Positions 25,205 to 34,895 of a DNA stretch of 39,848 nt are shown here, in pieces. The first letter of the stretch is position 1; each line of letters opens with the position of its first letter. Source of the stretch: Treponema sp. (lineage in GTDB: Bacteria > Spirochaetota > Spirochaetia > Treponematales > Breznakiellaceae); assembly GCA_031268245.1 (NCBI GenBank), contig JAIRXN010000104.1, positions 1 to 39,848 of the forward strand. Direction: 5' to 3'. A model generated the notes under the pieces. The model was not told where the DNA came from. It searched no databases and was given only the letters and a program-made list of their open reading frames with translations. A program made the translations under genes and the position numbers.

Positions 25205-27473
25205 AAAGCCTGTAAAAATAATTGTTATTCTCAATGCCGGTTTTTTTGGCAATTTCGCTTACCGGCAGATCGGTGTTCCGCAGCAGGTTGGCTGCTTTCC
25301 TCATCCTTACATCAATGATGTATTCATTGAGGGATATTCCGGTACTTTCCATAAATTTATACATTACATAACGGTTTGACATTCCCAAAAAATCGCCTAT
25401 CATCTGCGACGAAAGATTCGGATTGCTGTAGTTATTCTGAATATACTCCAGGATTGCACTGACAATTCTGTTTTTCCTGGTGTCCGCGGCGTGTTCCCTC
25501 TTCCCTGTGGCGAGATGGATGTATTGATTCAGCTCCCTGAAAAAGTCGTCCATAAATTCCGCATTGATGACTTTACGGTAAAGTTCGTCTGATTCCTGGC
25601 CCAGGGAGCCGTTTTCATCAGCCTGGGTTACGATCCGGATTACATTGTTTACCAGTTCCATTGTGCAGATTGTACAATTGGTATACTGAAGATGAAGGAG
25701 GCAGTTTTTAATATCCTCCAGGGTGATAAGCGCCGTGGAAAGATCCTTCTTTTTTACAGCCTCAATTAATTTTTCATCCAAATCATAAGGATAATGGAGT
25801 TCTTTATTCTCGATATTTATTCTACACCGTTTCTCGTTTATAAGAGAGTCTTCTCCAAAAATAAAACGGTACTGCAGATATTCCCTGGCCTTCCGGTATA
25901 GTTCGCCAAGATTCAGTACGTTCGCGGCAGCGTCGCTGTATGAAATTGATACGGTAAGTCCCAGGCGCAGCCTGATGATGCCGCGGCAGTTTTCGATAAA
26001 GGGGAGTATCATCTTTTCTTCGGCTTCGGCGATATTTCCGGGAACACGGATAATGATTCCAAGATTTTCACGATCTTCCGTAAAGGAGGCAAAATCACAA
26101 CATTCGCCGGAGAAATTCCGCATAAAATTTCCCACAAGGGAGGAGAGCCCGTTGGCGCCTTCCTTTTCAAATTTATATTTATTTTCCTTGAACCTGTCTA
26201 TCTTAAAGAGGAGTACGAATATATCTCCGGAAATATCCGAAGCAAGCCAGTGGCCGGGAAGGTTTCTTCTGAACTGCCGGTATGTCTCTTCGGTATTGTC
26301 GGTAACCAGCAGAAAAAGCTGGTGCTGGGCAAATATGGGTTCATAAAAGGCAGACTGCCTGAGTAACTTTCTGTTTAGTTCCCCCGCATCCCGGTACATC
26401 TTCTGCAGATATTCAAATTCATTCTCCATTTCCGGAATGCCTGCGTCAGGTTCGGTTTCGGAGATGGAATTGACAAAGCTCAAGACCGGTGAATAAATGC
26501 GCCGTGAAAAGGGAATGAGTATTATTATGCTGATAATGATAAACACCGAACCGAAGACGATATACTCTTTTTGAAGGGTGCTGAGATCCCGGAATACTTT
26601 ATCATGATTCTGGATAATAAACAGATAATTTTCCTGGGCGCCAAGCCGGATTGAGGAAAGAAGATATTTTTTATCTCTGTATTTTCCGGGATGTATGCCT
26701 TCGGTATCATTTTTATGGCTGTCCAAAAAATCCTTAACCAAAAATTCGGCCGCCTCATCCTGAAGATCCATAGAATTGCTAAAGACAATATCCGTACCGT
26801 TGAACAGATAGATAGAACCGGCATAGGTAATGGATTGCCGGATGGAACTTAAGGTATCCAGGAACCAGCCCGCATCCTGATTAACCGCGATATAGCTGTC
26901 ATTTCCGCTCACCGGATCGGAAAATTGATACATAAAGTAGGAGAAAACCCAGGTTTGGACTTCAAAATCCCCCTGCTTTCTTGTTATCTCTCTGAATATG
27001 GGCTTTAGCCTTGGGATAGACATTTGAGTTTTTATAAAAACACTGAGATCCGTCCCCGAAGAAGGCTCAACATTTTTGGTGGATATCCATTCATTTCTTT
27101 TTTGATTATAGAGCACTATGGAATCAATTGAAGGGTTGGCGGCGATGGTCGTTTCCGTAAGATTTCTCATATAGGTAATAACATCCCGGTAATCCAGATC
27201 CTGACTATAGAGAAACTGTTGGGCGTTATTATGCAGATATACCTCAAGGCATATATTCCCTATCATATTTGTAATATAATCGAAGCGGTAATTCATCTGG
27301 GACAGTACCACATTATTAGAAAAGGAGATGCTGTTTGAGATATTCTTTACGGATATACTGTACGAAATAATAGAAAAAGGTATAAAAAGAACCAGGGTAA
27401 AAATCAGCATAAAGAGGATTATCCGCTTGTAGTAGGATTGTCTTGTCCGCAAGCGCTTGAGCCTTAAACCCAT
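25134..27473 (-). CDS. Membrane-bound sensor/AraC-family transcriptional regulator
   Basis: 779 aa. Two TM segments flank a large extracytoplasmic region. C-terminal AraC HTH: LSSQMIGDFLGMSNRYVMYKF...IIDVRMRKAANLLRNTDLPVSEIAKKTGIENNNYFYRLFKKFSHVTPREF. Divergent from the sugar ABC genes. Confidence 0.75.
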   Translation of the reverse strand: MGLRLKRLRTRQSYYKRIILFMLIFTLVLFIPFSIISYSISVKNISNSISFSNNVVLSQMNYRFDYITNMIGNICLEVYLHNNAQQFLYSQDLDYRDVITYMRNLTETTIAANPSIDSIVLYNQKRNEWISTKNVEPSSGTDLSVFIKTQMSIPRLKPIFREITRKQGDFEVQTWVFSYFMYQFSDPVSGNDSYIAVNQDAGWFLDTLSSIRQSITYAGSIYLFNGTDIVFSNSMDLQDEAAEFLVKDFLDSHKNDTEGIHPGKYRDKKYLLSSIRLGAQENYLFIIQNHDKVFRDLSTLQKEYIVFGSVFIIISIIILIPFSRRIYSPVLSFVNSISETEPDAGIPEMENEFEYLQKMYRDAGELNRKLLRQSAFYEPIFAQHQLFLLVTDNTEETYRQFRRNLPGHWLASDISGDIFVLLFKIDRFKENKYKFEKEGANGLSSLVGNFMRNFSGECCDFASFTEDRENLGIIIRVPGNIAEAEEKMILPFIENCRGIIRLRLGLTVSISYSDAAANVLNLGELYRKAREYLQYRFIFGEDSLINEKRCRINIENKELHYPYDLDEKLIEAVKKKDLSTALITLEDIKNCLLHLQYTNCTICTMELVNNVIRIVTQADENGSLGQESDELYRKVINAEFMDDFFRELNQYIHLATGKREHAADTRKNRIVSAILEYIQNNYSNPNLSSQMIGDFLGMSNRYVMYKFMESTGISLNEYIIDVRMRKAANLLRNTDLPVSEIAKKTGIENNNYFYRLFKKFSHVTPREFSERYRNSRQGE

Positions 27474-27523
27474 TAGACTCCCTCCGGCTTTCAGGATATG
27501 CTATGGCGGAATATTCCGGGAAG

Positions 27524-27552
27524 CTGCAAATCCGGCATCTATAACTGCAATT
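27524..27552. promoter_or_regulatory. Candidate AraC-type operator: direct repeat CTGCAAAT / CTGCAATT spaced 21 bp
   Basis: Read directly at 27524-27531 and 27545-27552, in the divergent intergenic region between the regulator and the permease genes. Confidence 0.25.
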
Positions 27553-27584
27553 TAGACGGTTTTTAATAATCTTGCAAGCGTTAT

Positions 27585-28589
27585 ATGATCCGGTATGCTA
27601 ATCTTACATTCAAACCTGTCAAATTTACAGTAGAAGCTTCAGGGGAACCATTTTATGATAAAGGCTGTATTTTGGAGGCTGGTCTGAACCGGAACAAAAA
27701 AAAGATCAATTGGGAGCTTTCTCTTCTGGCCCTGCCGGGACTGGTTTTTCTGGCGGCATTTTACTATGCGCCTCTATTCGGACTTGTCATCCCCTTTAAG
27801 CGCCTTGATTACTCCAGGGGAATATGGGGCAGCGAATGGGTAGGGCTTAAAAACTTTGAATTTTTCTTTAAATCCCAGGATGCGATCCGGGTAACCAGAA
27901 ACACACTGTTTTTGAATTTCATGTTTATTATCATAACCATGGTTCTGGCGGTTACCCTGGCTCTTCTTCTTTTTGGCCTGTCGAAAAATCAGGTAAAGAT
28001 ATACCAGACAACCATGTTCATTCCCTATTTTATTTCCTGGGTGGTGGCAAGCTATGTTCTCTATGCTCTGCTCAATCCTGTTTCAGGTCTCTGGCCTCAT
28101 GCCCTAAAAGCCATGAACATGGAGTTTTCGAATATATATACCGTTCCAAAATACTGGCCCCTGATCCTTACCGTTTCCTATGTCTGGAAAAATGTTGGCT
28201 ATATGACCCTTCTTTTTTATACTGCCCTTATGGGAATTGATGCGACCCAATTCGAGGCCGCCGCTATCGACGGAGCCAACAAAACACAGATCACGTTTCA
28301 TATTTCAATTCCTTTTCTTGTTCCCGTCATAACCCTGCTTGCAATTCTTCAAATAGGGAAAATATTCTATTCGGATTTCGGCATGTTCTATTTTCTTACC
28401 AGGGATTCAGGTCCCATTTATTCTACTACCGATGTAATCGACACCTATGTATACCGGGCGCTGCGCGTTACCGGAAACATCAGCATGGCTTCCGCCGCCG
28501 GTCTTTACCAGTCGGTTGTGGGTTTTATTGCGGTATTCTGTACCAATCTGGCAGTCCGGCGGATAAATCCGGGCAGCGCGATTTTTTAG
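27585..28589 (+). CDS. Carbohydrate ABC transporter permease (LplB/YtcP-like)
   Basis: Six TM and EAA loop FEAAAIDGANKTQITFHISIP. The start is uncertain: ATG 27585, or a downstream TTG near 27672. Confidence 0.75.
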   Translation: MIRYANLTFKPVKFTVEASGEPFYDKGCILEAGLNRNKKKINWELSLLALPGLVFLAAFYYAPLFGLVIPFKRLDYSRGIWGSEWVGLKNFEFFFKSQDAIRVTRNTLFLNFMFIIITMVLAVTLALLLFGLSKNQVKIYQTTMFIPYFISWVVASYVLYALLNPVSGLWPHALKAMNMEFSNIYTVPKYWPLILTVSYVWKNVGYMTLLFYTALMGIDATQFEAAAIDGANKTQITFHISIPFLVPVITLLAILQIGKIFYSDFGMFYFLTRDSGPIYSTTDVIDTYVYRALRVTGNISMASAAGLYQSVVGFIAVFCTNLAVRRINPGSAIF

Positions 28590-28597
28590 GAGCCGGG

Positions 28598-29488
28598 ATG
28601 AGAAGTTATAAAAGAGAAAGCATGCTTGGAAACGTCATTGTCAATGGAATATTCATTTTCCTCAGCCTTTGCTGCCTCCTGCCCCTGCTTCTTATCGTAG
28701 CGGCATCCCTGTCTACCGAAGCGGGGATCAATCTCAAGGGCTACTCCCTTCTGCCGAGGGATTTTTCATTCCAGGCTTACAAGTTTATCCTGCAGAATCC
28801 CCGGCAGATCTTCTATTCCTATGAGGTTACCATTTTTGTTACCGCCGCAGGCAGTTTCTTAAGCCTCCTTTGTACCGGTATGCTGGCCTATGTCATCGCG
28901 CGGAAAGATTTTTATTTTCACCGGCTGTTTTCATTTCTTATTCTTTTTACCCTGCTTTTTTCCGGAGGCATGGTGCCTTCCTATATTATTGTTACCCGTT
29001 ACTATCATCTAAAAGATACGATTCTGGCTCTGATTCTCCCATATATTATTATTCCATGGCATGTTTTTTTAATGAAAGGTTTTTTCAGCGATGTTCCCGT
29101 TTCTCTGATTGAGGCGGCGAAACTGGACGGCGCCAGGGAAGCGTCCATATTTTTCCGCATCATCGTTCCAATTTCCAAACCGGCCTTTGCTACCATCGGC
29201 CTTTTCTGCGCCTTTACCTACTGGAACGACTGGTGGCTCTCCCTGCTCTATATCGACAGCCCGCGTTTGGTATCGCTGCAGTTTTACCTTTACCGGATCA
29301 TGAATACCATTCAGTTTCTGGCGTCTTCCATGGCTTCCCGGAGCATTACCATTGATTTGGGAGATCTTCCCGGGGAGACCGCCCGCATGGCTCTCTGCGT
29401 TCTGGCGGCAGGCCCCATGCTGTTTATATTCCCCTTCTTTCAAAAATACTTTATCCGGGGTCTTACCCTGGGGGCGGTAAAAGAATGA
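28598..29488 (+). CDS. Carbohydrate ABC transporter permease (LplC-like)
   Basis: Six TM and EAA loop IEAAKLDGAREASIFFRIIVP. Confidence 0.8.
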   Translation: MRSYKRESMLGNVIVNGIFIFLSLCCLLPLLLIVAASLSTEAGINLKGYSLLPRDFSFQAYKFILQNPRQIFYSYEVTIFVTAAGSFLSLLCTGMLAYVIARKDFYFHRLFSFLILFTLLFSGGMVPSYIIVTRYYHLKDTILALILPYIIIPWHVFLMKGFFSDVPVSLIEAAKLDGAREASIFFRIIVPISKPAFATIGLFCAFTYWNDWWLSLLYIDSPRLVSLQFYLYRIMNTIQFLASSMASRSITIDLGDLPGETARMALCVLAAGPMLFIFPFFQKYFIRGLTLGAVKE

Positions 29489-29591
29489 AGGGATACCACA
29501 GGATATATCCGTGTTATGCGGATTACCGGAACTTGAGTTCCGGAGACGGGGCTTTACGGCCCTGTTCTGAAATAAGAGTAAGGAGAAAGAA

Positions 29592-31064
29592 ATGAAAAAG
29601 ATGGTGTTTTTACTGTTGGCGTTTCTGATGATTTGTCTTCCGGCATTTGCCGGAGGAAGGAGCGACAGGGCTTCGTCCGGCAGCGCGCCCATTCAACTGG
29701 TTTATTATGTGGGCGGACGGGGGCCGCAGGTGGATCTTCCGGCTGTTCTGGAAGAGATTAACAAATACCTTGTGCCGAAAATCGGGTGTACTCTGAAGAT
29801 CATAGAAACCGATTTTGGCAACTATACCCAAAAACTCCAGATGGTCATTGCCAGCGGGGAAGAATTTGATCTTTGTTATACAGCCGACTGGATGGGAGAT
29901 TTCTACGGCAACGTGAGCAAGAACGCATTTGTGGAACTGGACGATCTGATTGATCGGCACGTGCCGGAGCTCAAGACCGATATACCGGCAAATGGATGGA
30001 TGGCGGTCAGGGTGAACGGGAAGATTATGGCGGTTCCCAATCAGCAGATCTGGGCGAGATCCAATGGCTGGGCCGCAGAGCTGGCCTATATTGACCGGTA
30101 CAATTTTAATGCAGCCGGGGTAAAAAAGGTTGAGGATCTGGAACCGCTTCTGGCGGCAATCAAGAAAGATCATCCCGAATGGTATCCTCTTTCCGCTCAT
30201 ACCGACGGGATTCTGGATTTTCTTACCTATTACATGGGGTATGATGAGCTTATCGGGCGGCATATTCCCGGAGTAATTCTCTTTACCGATGAAAATCTCA
30301 AGGCAATCAATCAGTTTGAACTTCCCCAGGTGCAGGCTCACTACCGGCTTATGCGTTCCTGGAACCAGAAAGGTTATATCCGTCCCGATGCCGCAACCGT
30401 TACGGACATCAGCGCCGATTCAAGGGCCGGGAGGCTCCCCGTAGGATTCCCCGGTACCATGAAACCGGGACAGGACGTGCAGGATACGATCAGCAACGGG
30501 GGACGCCCGATTAAAAGTTTCCCCCTGTCTTCCCCTATTCAGACTACCAGCGGTATCACCGGAACCATGACCGCCATAAGCCGGACTTCCAGACATCCCG
30601 ACAAGGCTATCCAGTTCATCAATCTGATGAATTCCGATAAATACCTCTACAATCTTGTTATCAACGGCATTGAAAATAAACATTACACCTGGATAGACAA
30701 GGATTTTATCCGTCCTGTCCCGAACTGCGGTTATACCCCCAATGCCGACTGGATGTACGGTAATCAGTTCCTTGCCCATTTTAAGGAAGGGCAGAGTACC
30801 ACCGACTGGGAAGAAACCATAAAGATTAATGTCGGCGCCAAGCCTTCCCCGGCTTTGGGATTTGTATTCGACCCTATCCCGGTGCAGACTGAAATTGCCG
30901 GGGTGAGCGCGGTGGTTAAGGAGTATGAGCTTTCTCTGGATACCGGCGCCGTAGACCCCGACAGGGTATTGCCGGAATTTCTTGCCAAACTCAAAGGCGC
31001 CGGGAGCGACATTGTAATCGCCGAACTGCAAAAGCAGTTGGACGCGTGGAAGCGATCCAGATAA
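29592..31064 (+). CDS. Large extracellular solute-binding (lipo)protein of the carbohydrate ABC system
   Basis: 490 aa. Signal peptide MKKMVFLLLAFLMICLPAFAGG with a possible lipobox Cys. Size and position match LplA-type binding proteins. Confidence 0.75.
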   Translation: MKKMVFLLLAFLMICLPAFAGGRSDRASSGSAPIQLVYYVGGRGPQVDLPAVLEEINKYLVPKIGCTLKIIETDFGNYTQKLQMVIASGEEFDLCYTADWMGDFYGNVSKNAFVELDDLIDRHVPELKTDIPANGWMAVRVNGKIMAVPNQQIWARSNGWAAELAYIDRYNFNAAGVKKVEDLEPLLAAIKKDHPEWYPLSAHTDGILDFLTYYMGYDELIGRHIPGVILFTDENLKAINQFELPQVQAHYRLMRSWNQKGYIRPDAATVTDISADSRAGRLPVGFPGTMKPGQDVQDTISNGGRPIKSFPLSSPIQTTSGITGTMTAISRTSRHPDKAIQFINLMNSDKYLYNLVINGIENKHYTWIDKDFIRPVPNCGYTPNADWMYGNQFLAHFKEGQSTTDWEETIKINVGAKPSPALGFVFDPIPVQTEIAGVSAVVKEYELSLDTGAVDPDRVLPEFLAKLKGAGSDIVIAELQKQLDAWKRSR

Positions 31065-31074
31065 TAAAGGATCT

Positions 31075-31089
31075 GCTTAGTTCCTAAGG
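31075..31089. repeat. Copy 1 of the perfect 15-nt repeat GCTTAGTTCCTAAGG (contains palindrome CTTAG-TTC-CTAAG)
   Basis: Read directly. It overlaps a second short direct repeat, AAGGATCTGC, at 31067-31076 and 31086-31095. Confidence 0.9.
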
Positions 31090-31097
31090 ATCTGCGC

Positions 31098-31138
31098 GGA
31101 AATAACATGACCGTTTGGCCGTGTTATTTCCTTATTGC
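31098..31138 (+). terminator. Hairpin downstream of the binding-protein gene (possible intrinsic terminator)
   Basis: GGAAATAACA 31098-31107 pairs with TGTTATTTCC 31122-31131 and is followed by TTATTGCG, a weak T-tract. Confidence 0.45.
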
Positions 31139-31142
31139 GTAA

Positions 31143-31157
31143 GCTTAGTTCCTAAGG
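31143..31157. repeat. Copy 2 of GCTTAGTTCCTAAGG, 17 nt upstream of the NHL-protein start
   Basis: Read directly. Identical to 31075-31089. Confidence 0.9.
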
Positions 31158-31173
31158 CAAAAGGAAATGTCTA

Positions 31174-32115
31174 ATGCAGTTTGAATTTGAACCGATTGAC
31201 TTTGAAGTATACATAGGCGGATGCGGAGATGCGGCGGTAGATTCAAAAGGCCGTATCTTCGCAGTAAGCATCCCCTATCCGGTTACCGTTTTCAGCCAGG
31301 AAGGAAAGATCCTGAGCCGCTGGCCCGAAGACTGCTGCGGCTGTGCCCACGGAATCTATATAGATGAAAATGATTTTGTCTATATCGCCGATTCCGACTG
31401 GCATGTGTTTTCCAAATTTTCTCCCGGCGGGGATCTCCTCATGCAGGCCGGTACTAAAGGCCGCCCTTCGGCTTCCGGCGCAGAAAAAGGCAACTACAAG
31501 ACCATCAGGCGGGGCGCCGGGCCTTTCTATGCTCCTTCAAAGATAACAGTATCCCCGCGGGGGGAGATCTTTGTGGCTGACGGCTACGGCAATTCCCGTG
31601 TTCATCGTTTTTCCTCCGGCGGGGAACTCCTTGCCTCCTGGGGTGAGCCGGGGGGCGAACCGGGGCAATTCAGGCTGGTACACGGTGTCGGGGTAGATGA
31701 AAATGACAGAGTTTATGTAGCCGACCGTGAAAACGACCGGGTGCAGATCTTCGATACCGAAGGCAGGGTTCTTGATATCTGGAATGATATAAAACGGCCC
31801 GACGGACTCTGTGTTCGGGATGGGATAGTCTATGTACCGGAATTGGGACACCTGGCATATAACGACAACGTCATGTATGAACCTTACGAAAACATGCCCT
31901 GGTCGCAGGTAAGGGTATTTGACACCGAAGGGCATGAGCTTACCCGTTTTGGCGGAGAAGATCCATGGAAGCCGGGGAACCTCTACTCGGCCCATGGAGC
32001 AAACCTCGACCGTGAGGGGAGTCTTTACATTGCCGACTCAGGACTGCCGGCTCCTGAAACCGCCGCTCCGGGCAAAAGGAGGCATGCCCTTCAGAAATAC
32101 AGGCGCATTGCTTAG
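31174..32115 (+). CDS. Cytoplasmic NHL-repeat six-bladed beta-propeller (peptidyl-alpha-hydroxyglycine lyase-like)
   Basis: 313 aa with no signal peptide. Repeated blades such as GEIFVADGYGNSRVHRF, RVYVADRENDRVQIFD and SLYIADSG. Confidence 0.65.
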   Translation: MQFEFEPIDFEVYIGGCGDAAVDSKGRIFAVSIPYPVTVFSQEGKILSRWPEDCCGCAHGIYIDENDFVYIADSDWHVFSKFSPGGDLLMQAGTKGRPSASGAEKGNYKTIRRGAGPFYAPSKITVSPRGEIFVADGYGNSRVHRFSSGGELLASWGEPGGEPGQFRLVHGVGVDENDRVYVADRENDRVQIFDTEGRVLDIWNDIKRPDGLCVRDGIVYVPELGHLAYNDNVMYEPYENMPWSQVRVFDTEGHELTRFGGEDPWKPGNLYSAHGANLDREGSLYIADSGLPAPETAAPGKRRHALQKYRRIA

Positions 32116-32137
32116 CGGGGACGCGCCGCGCGGAGCC

Positions 32138-34720
32138 TCAACTCAGGTAATCGGAAAGCCTCCGGTAAGTCTGGTTGACGATATGTTTCTTTTCTATGTC
32201 CACTTCTTCTCCCAGTTCATCAATGAGGGCTTCAAGGCTTGAGACGCTCTCGTTGAGGCTGGTGTGGAAGCCCCGTGAACAGCGGAACCAGTAGTTTCCT
32301 TCCCCGCCGGTAAAGAGGGAAATAAACCCCAACTCCCGGCTTCCTTTCTTCCAGAGTGCGGGGCTTACCAGTTTGTCCATCTGTTCCAGAATTGCGTCCA
32401 GGTCTTTCCGCGAATCAAAGTTTTCCTTCCGCGGCCAGTCCCGTTCCAGCGCGCCGTCAATGTCCAGCCGGGAAGCCAGCAGCAGTATCAGTTCCAGTTT
32501 CTCCCCTGCCAGAAGCCTGTAGCCTCCATTGACAGTGATTATGCCGCGCAGGCCCCTGTAGACAACTTCCGCAGGGATACTGTCCTTTATTGCGGAGAGT
32601 TTTTCCCACGGCAGGTTTACTTCTTTTTTGCCTTTTACTGTTTTGATCTCAAAAACCATATCGGCAATCCTGATATTGTTGGTAAAGTCTCTCAGTTTTT
32701 TTAACTTTTCCGCCGGTCTTTTACCGCCTTCCCTCCTTGGGCCTTTGAGAGCGAAGGCGCCGAACAACTCGGGATTTATCATTTCCAGAGTTTCCCGGGA
32801 GAGGGGGGAAACCGACATTGCGTACATCCTCGAAGTACGGACAATTTCCCCGGCTACAATAAACTCAGGATCAGTGCGGAACATCACCGAGCCGGGGTGT
32901 ATGATGATCCTGTCGGCAGTAAGGCTGCGGTAGGTTTCCCTGCCTTCCCTTACGCAGACAAACTGTATAAGCCCCCTGGCTACACAGAGAAGGTAATCTT
33001 CGGTTTTGCCTCCGGACAAGACCGGTATGTTTTGCGCGGTGATAATCTCTTCGAGTTGATCCACTACATTGAAAATTTCCGCCATGGCCCGCTCGTCAAG
33101 ATAGTTTTTTTCACAGAAACGCTGCTTGTTTGCGGCCCCTGCATAGGAACGGTAGAGCTTGAGATAGGAAACAAAGTCTCCGCCCGGGTCGCGGAAACTG
33201 TGGTGGGCCTTGCGGGCGTCCATCTCTTCCCCCGGGGGAAGAATGTAGGGGCTCTGGGTTGACAGGAAGGCTGCGGCAATAACCGTTTCTTCAAGAACTT
33301 CAGGATAACGGAGAATTGCTTCTACGATGATACGGCTCTGCCGGGGAGGCAGGGGAAACTCCGTCATGAGCCGTCCGGTACGGGAAAGAGTTCTGTCGCT
33401 TTCCAGGGCTTCGAGGAGGTTCAGGGTTTCCATTGCCGCGATAATGCCTTCCCGGCCGGGAGCCGAAATAAAATCAAATTCCTCGAAGCCGGTGAGCCCC
33501 AGATCCGCCATACGGAGCACCACTTCGGAAAGATCGGTCCGGTAAATCTCCTCGGTGGTAAAGAGGGGCCGGTTTTCAAAATCCTTGCGTGTGTAGAGAC
33601 GGTAACAGTTTCCTTCCCCGGTACGGCCGGCCCGGCCCTTGCGCTGGTTGGCCGATGCCTTTGAAATCGGGGCCTCCGCAAGACTTGAGGTAAAGGTTCT
33701 GGGATTGTACCAGGAGAGTTTTGAAAATCCCGAATCAATGACACAGGTAATGCCGTCTATGGTTACCGAAGTTTCCGCAATGTTAGTGGAGAGCACTACC
33801 TTGGTTTTTCCCGAAGGCGGTTTTTCAAAAACCCGCTCCTGTTCTTCCTTGCCGAGCCTTCCGTAGAGGGGCACCAGATGGAGGCCCGGCCCTGCGGAAC
33901 TAAAGATGAGCCGGTTCATGCAGTCCTTGATCATCTTTTCGCCGGAAAGGAAGATCAATATGTCTCCTTCTCTTTTTTCTCCGGTAAAGCGTTCCGCAAT
34001 GGCGGCGATCTTGTCGATGATCGCCTCCGCGGCGGAGCGGCTTGTTCCGGAATGCCTGTCCGAAAGATCGGGTTTGGCAGGAAACTTTGTTTGCTGTTCG
34101 ATTGAGTTTTTAAGGTTATCTCTCTGAATGAGCGCCGGATCGTAGATCAGGGTAACCGGGTAGGTAACTGCATCGATCTTCACCACAGGACATTCCCCGA
34201 AGTATTCGGAAAAAATCTCCGCATTAATAGTGGCGCTGGAGATGATCACCTTGAAGTCTTTTCTGGTTTCCAGCACCCGTTTCAGGAGCCCCAGAATAAA
34301 GTCGATGTTGAGACTCCGTTCGTGGGCCTCGTCTACCACGAGAAGGCTGTACTTTGAAAGCCATGGATCCAGCTTCATCTCCTGAAGGAGGATTCCGTCG
34401 GTCATGATTTTTATCCTGGTATCGGTATTGGTTTTGTCCTCAAAACGCATCTTGTAGCCTACGGGGCAACCCGTATCTCCGGGGACGGAATTTCCCAGCT
34501 GACGGGAAATGAATTCACTTACGGAAACCGCAGCAATTCTACGGGGCTGGGTAACGCCGATGATCCCGTTTTTTGAATAGCCTGCCTCCAAAAGGATGAC
34601 GGGGAGCTGGGTGGTCTTTCCCGAACCGGTGGGACTTTCCACCACCAGCGCCTGGTTCTCCTCCAGCGCCCGGAGAATAATGTCTTTATGCCTGTAGACA
34701 GGTAAATCGGAATAATTCAT
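32138..34720 (-). CDS. hrpA: DEAH-box ATP-dependent RNA helicase, HrpA/HrpB family
   Basis: 860 aa. SPTGSGKTTQLP, VVDEAHERSLNIDF, SATINA, TNIAETSVTIDG and QRKGRAGR. The symbol is tentative (HrpA versus HrpB). Confidence 0.8.
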   Translation of the reverse strand: MNYSDLPVYRHKDIILRALEENQALVVESPTGSGKTTQLPVILLEAGYSKNGIIGVTQPRRIAAVSVSEFISRQLGNSVPGDTGCPVGYKMRFEDKTNTDTRIKIMTDGILLQEMKLDPWLSKYSLLVVDEAHERSLNIDFILGLLKRVLETRKDFKVIISSATINAEIFSEYFGECPVVKIDAVTYPVTLIYDPALIQRDNLKNSIEQQTKFPAKPDLSDRHSGTSRSAAEAIIDKIAAIAERFTGEKREGDILIFLSGEKMIKDCMNRLIFSSAGPGLHLVPLYGRLGKEEQERVFEKPPSGKTKVVLSTNIAETSVTIDGITCVIDSGFSKLSWYNPRTFTSSLAEAPISKASANQRKGRAGRTGEGNCYRLYTRKDFENRPLFTTEEIYRTDLSEVVLRMADLGLTGFEEFDFISAPGREGIIAAMETLNLLEALESDRTLSRTGRLMTEFPLPPRQSRIIVEAILRYPEVLEETVIAAAFLSTQSPYILPPGEEMDARKAHHSFRDPGGDFVSYLKLYRSYAGAANKQRFCEKNYLDERAMAEIFNVVDQLEEIITAQNIPVLSGGKTEDYLLCVARGLIQFVCVREGRETYRSLTADRIIIHPGSVMFRTDPEFIVAGEIVRTSRMYAMSVSPLSRETLEMINPELFGAFALKGPRREGGKRPAEKLKKLRDFTNNIRIADMVFEIKTVKGKKEVNLPWEKLSAIKDSIPAEVVYRGLRGIITVNGGYRLLAGEKLELILLLASRLDIDGALERDWPRKENFDSRKDLDAILEQMDKLVSPALWKKGSRELGFISLFTGGEGNYWFRCSRGFHTSLNESVSSLEALIDELGEEVDIEKKHIVNQTYRRLSDYLS

Positions 34721-34895
34721 CTTTTTATTATAGACCGGAGAAGGATTAATGAATAGTGAAGAAGGAATAGATAGTGTCTGTCCCTAAACCCTAAAACCGC
34801 TTACCCTGCGGACGGAATTATAGCAGGTTTTTGCTATCTTTTCTTTTTTTATGTTTTAACCTATAATTATATGTATTGAATTCTTTGGAGGATAT

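Noticed and set aside
34782-34798. CCCTAAACCCTAAAACC, resembling a plant-type telomere repeat
   Set aside because: There are only two units, in a promoter-containing intergenic region. This is most likely chance.
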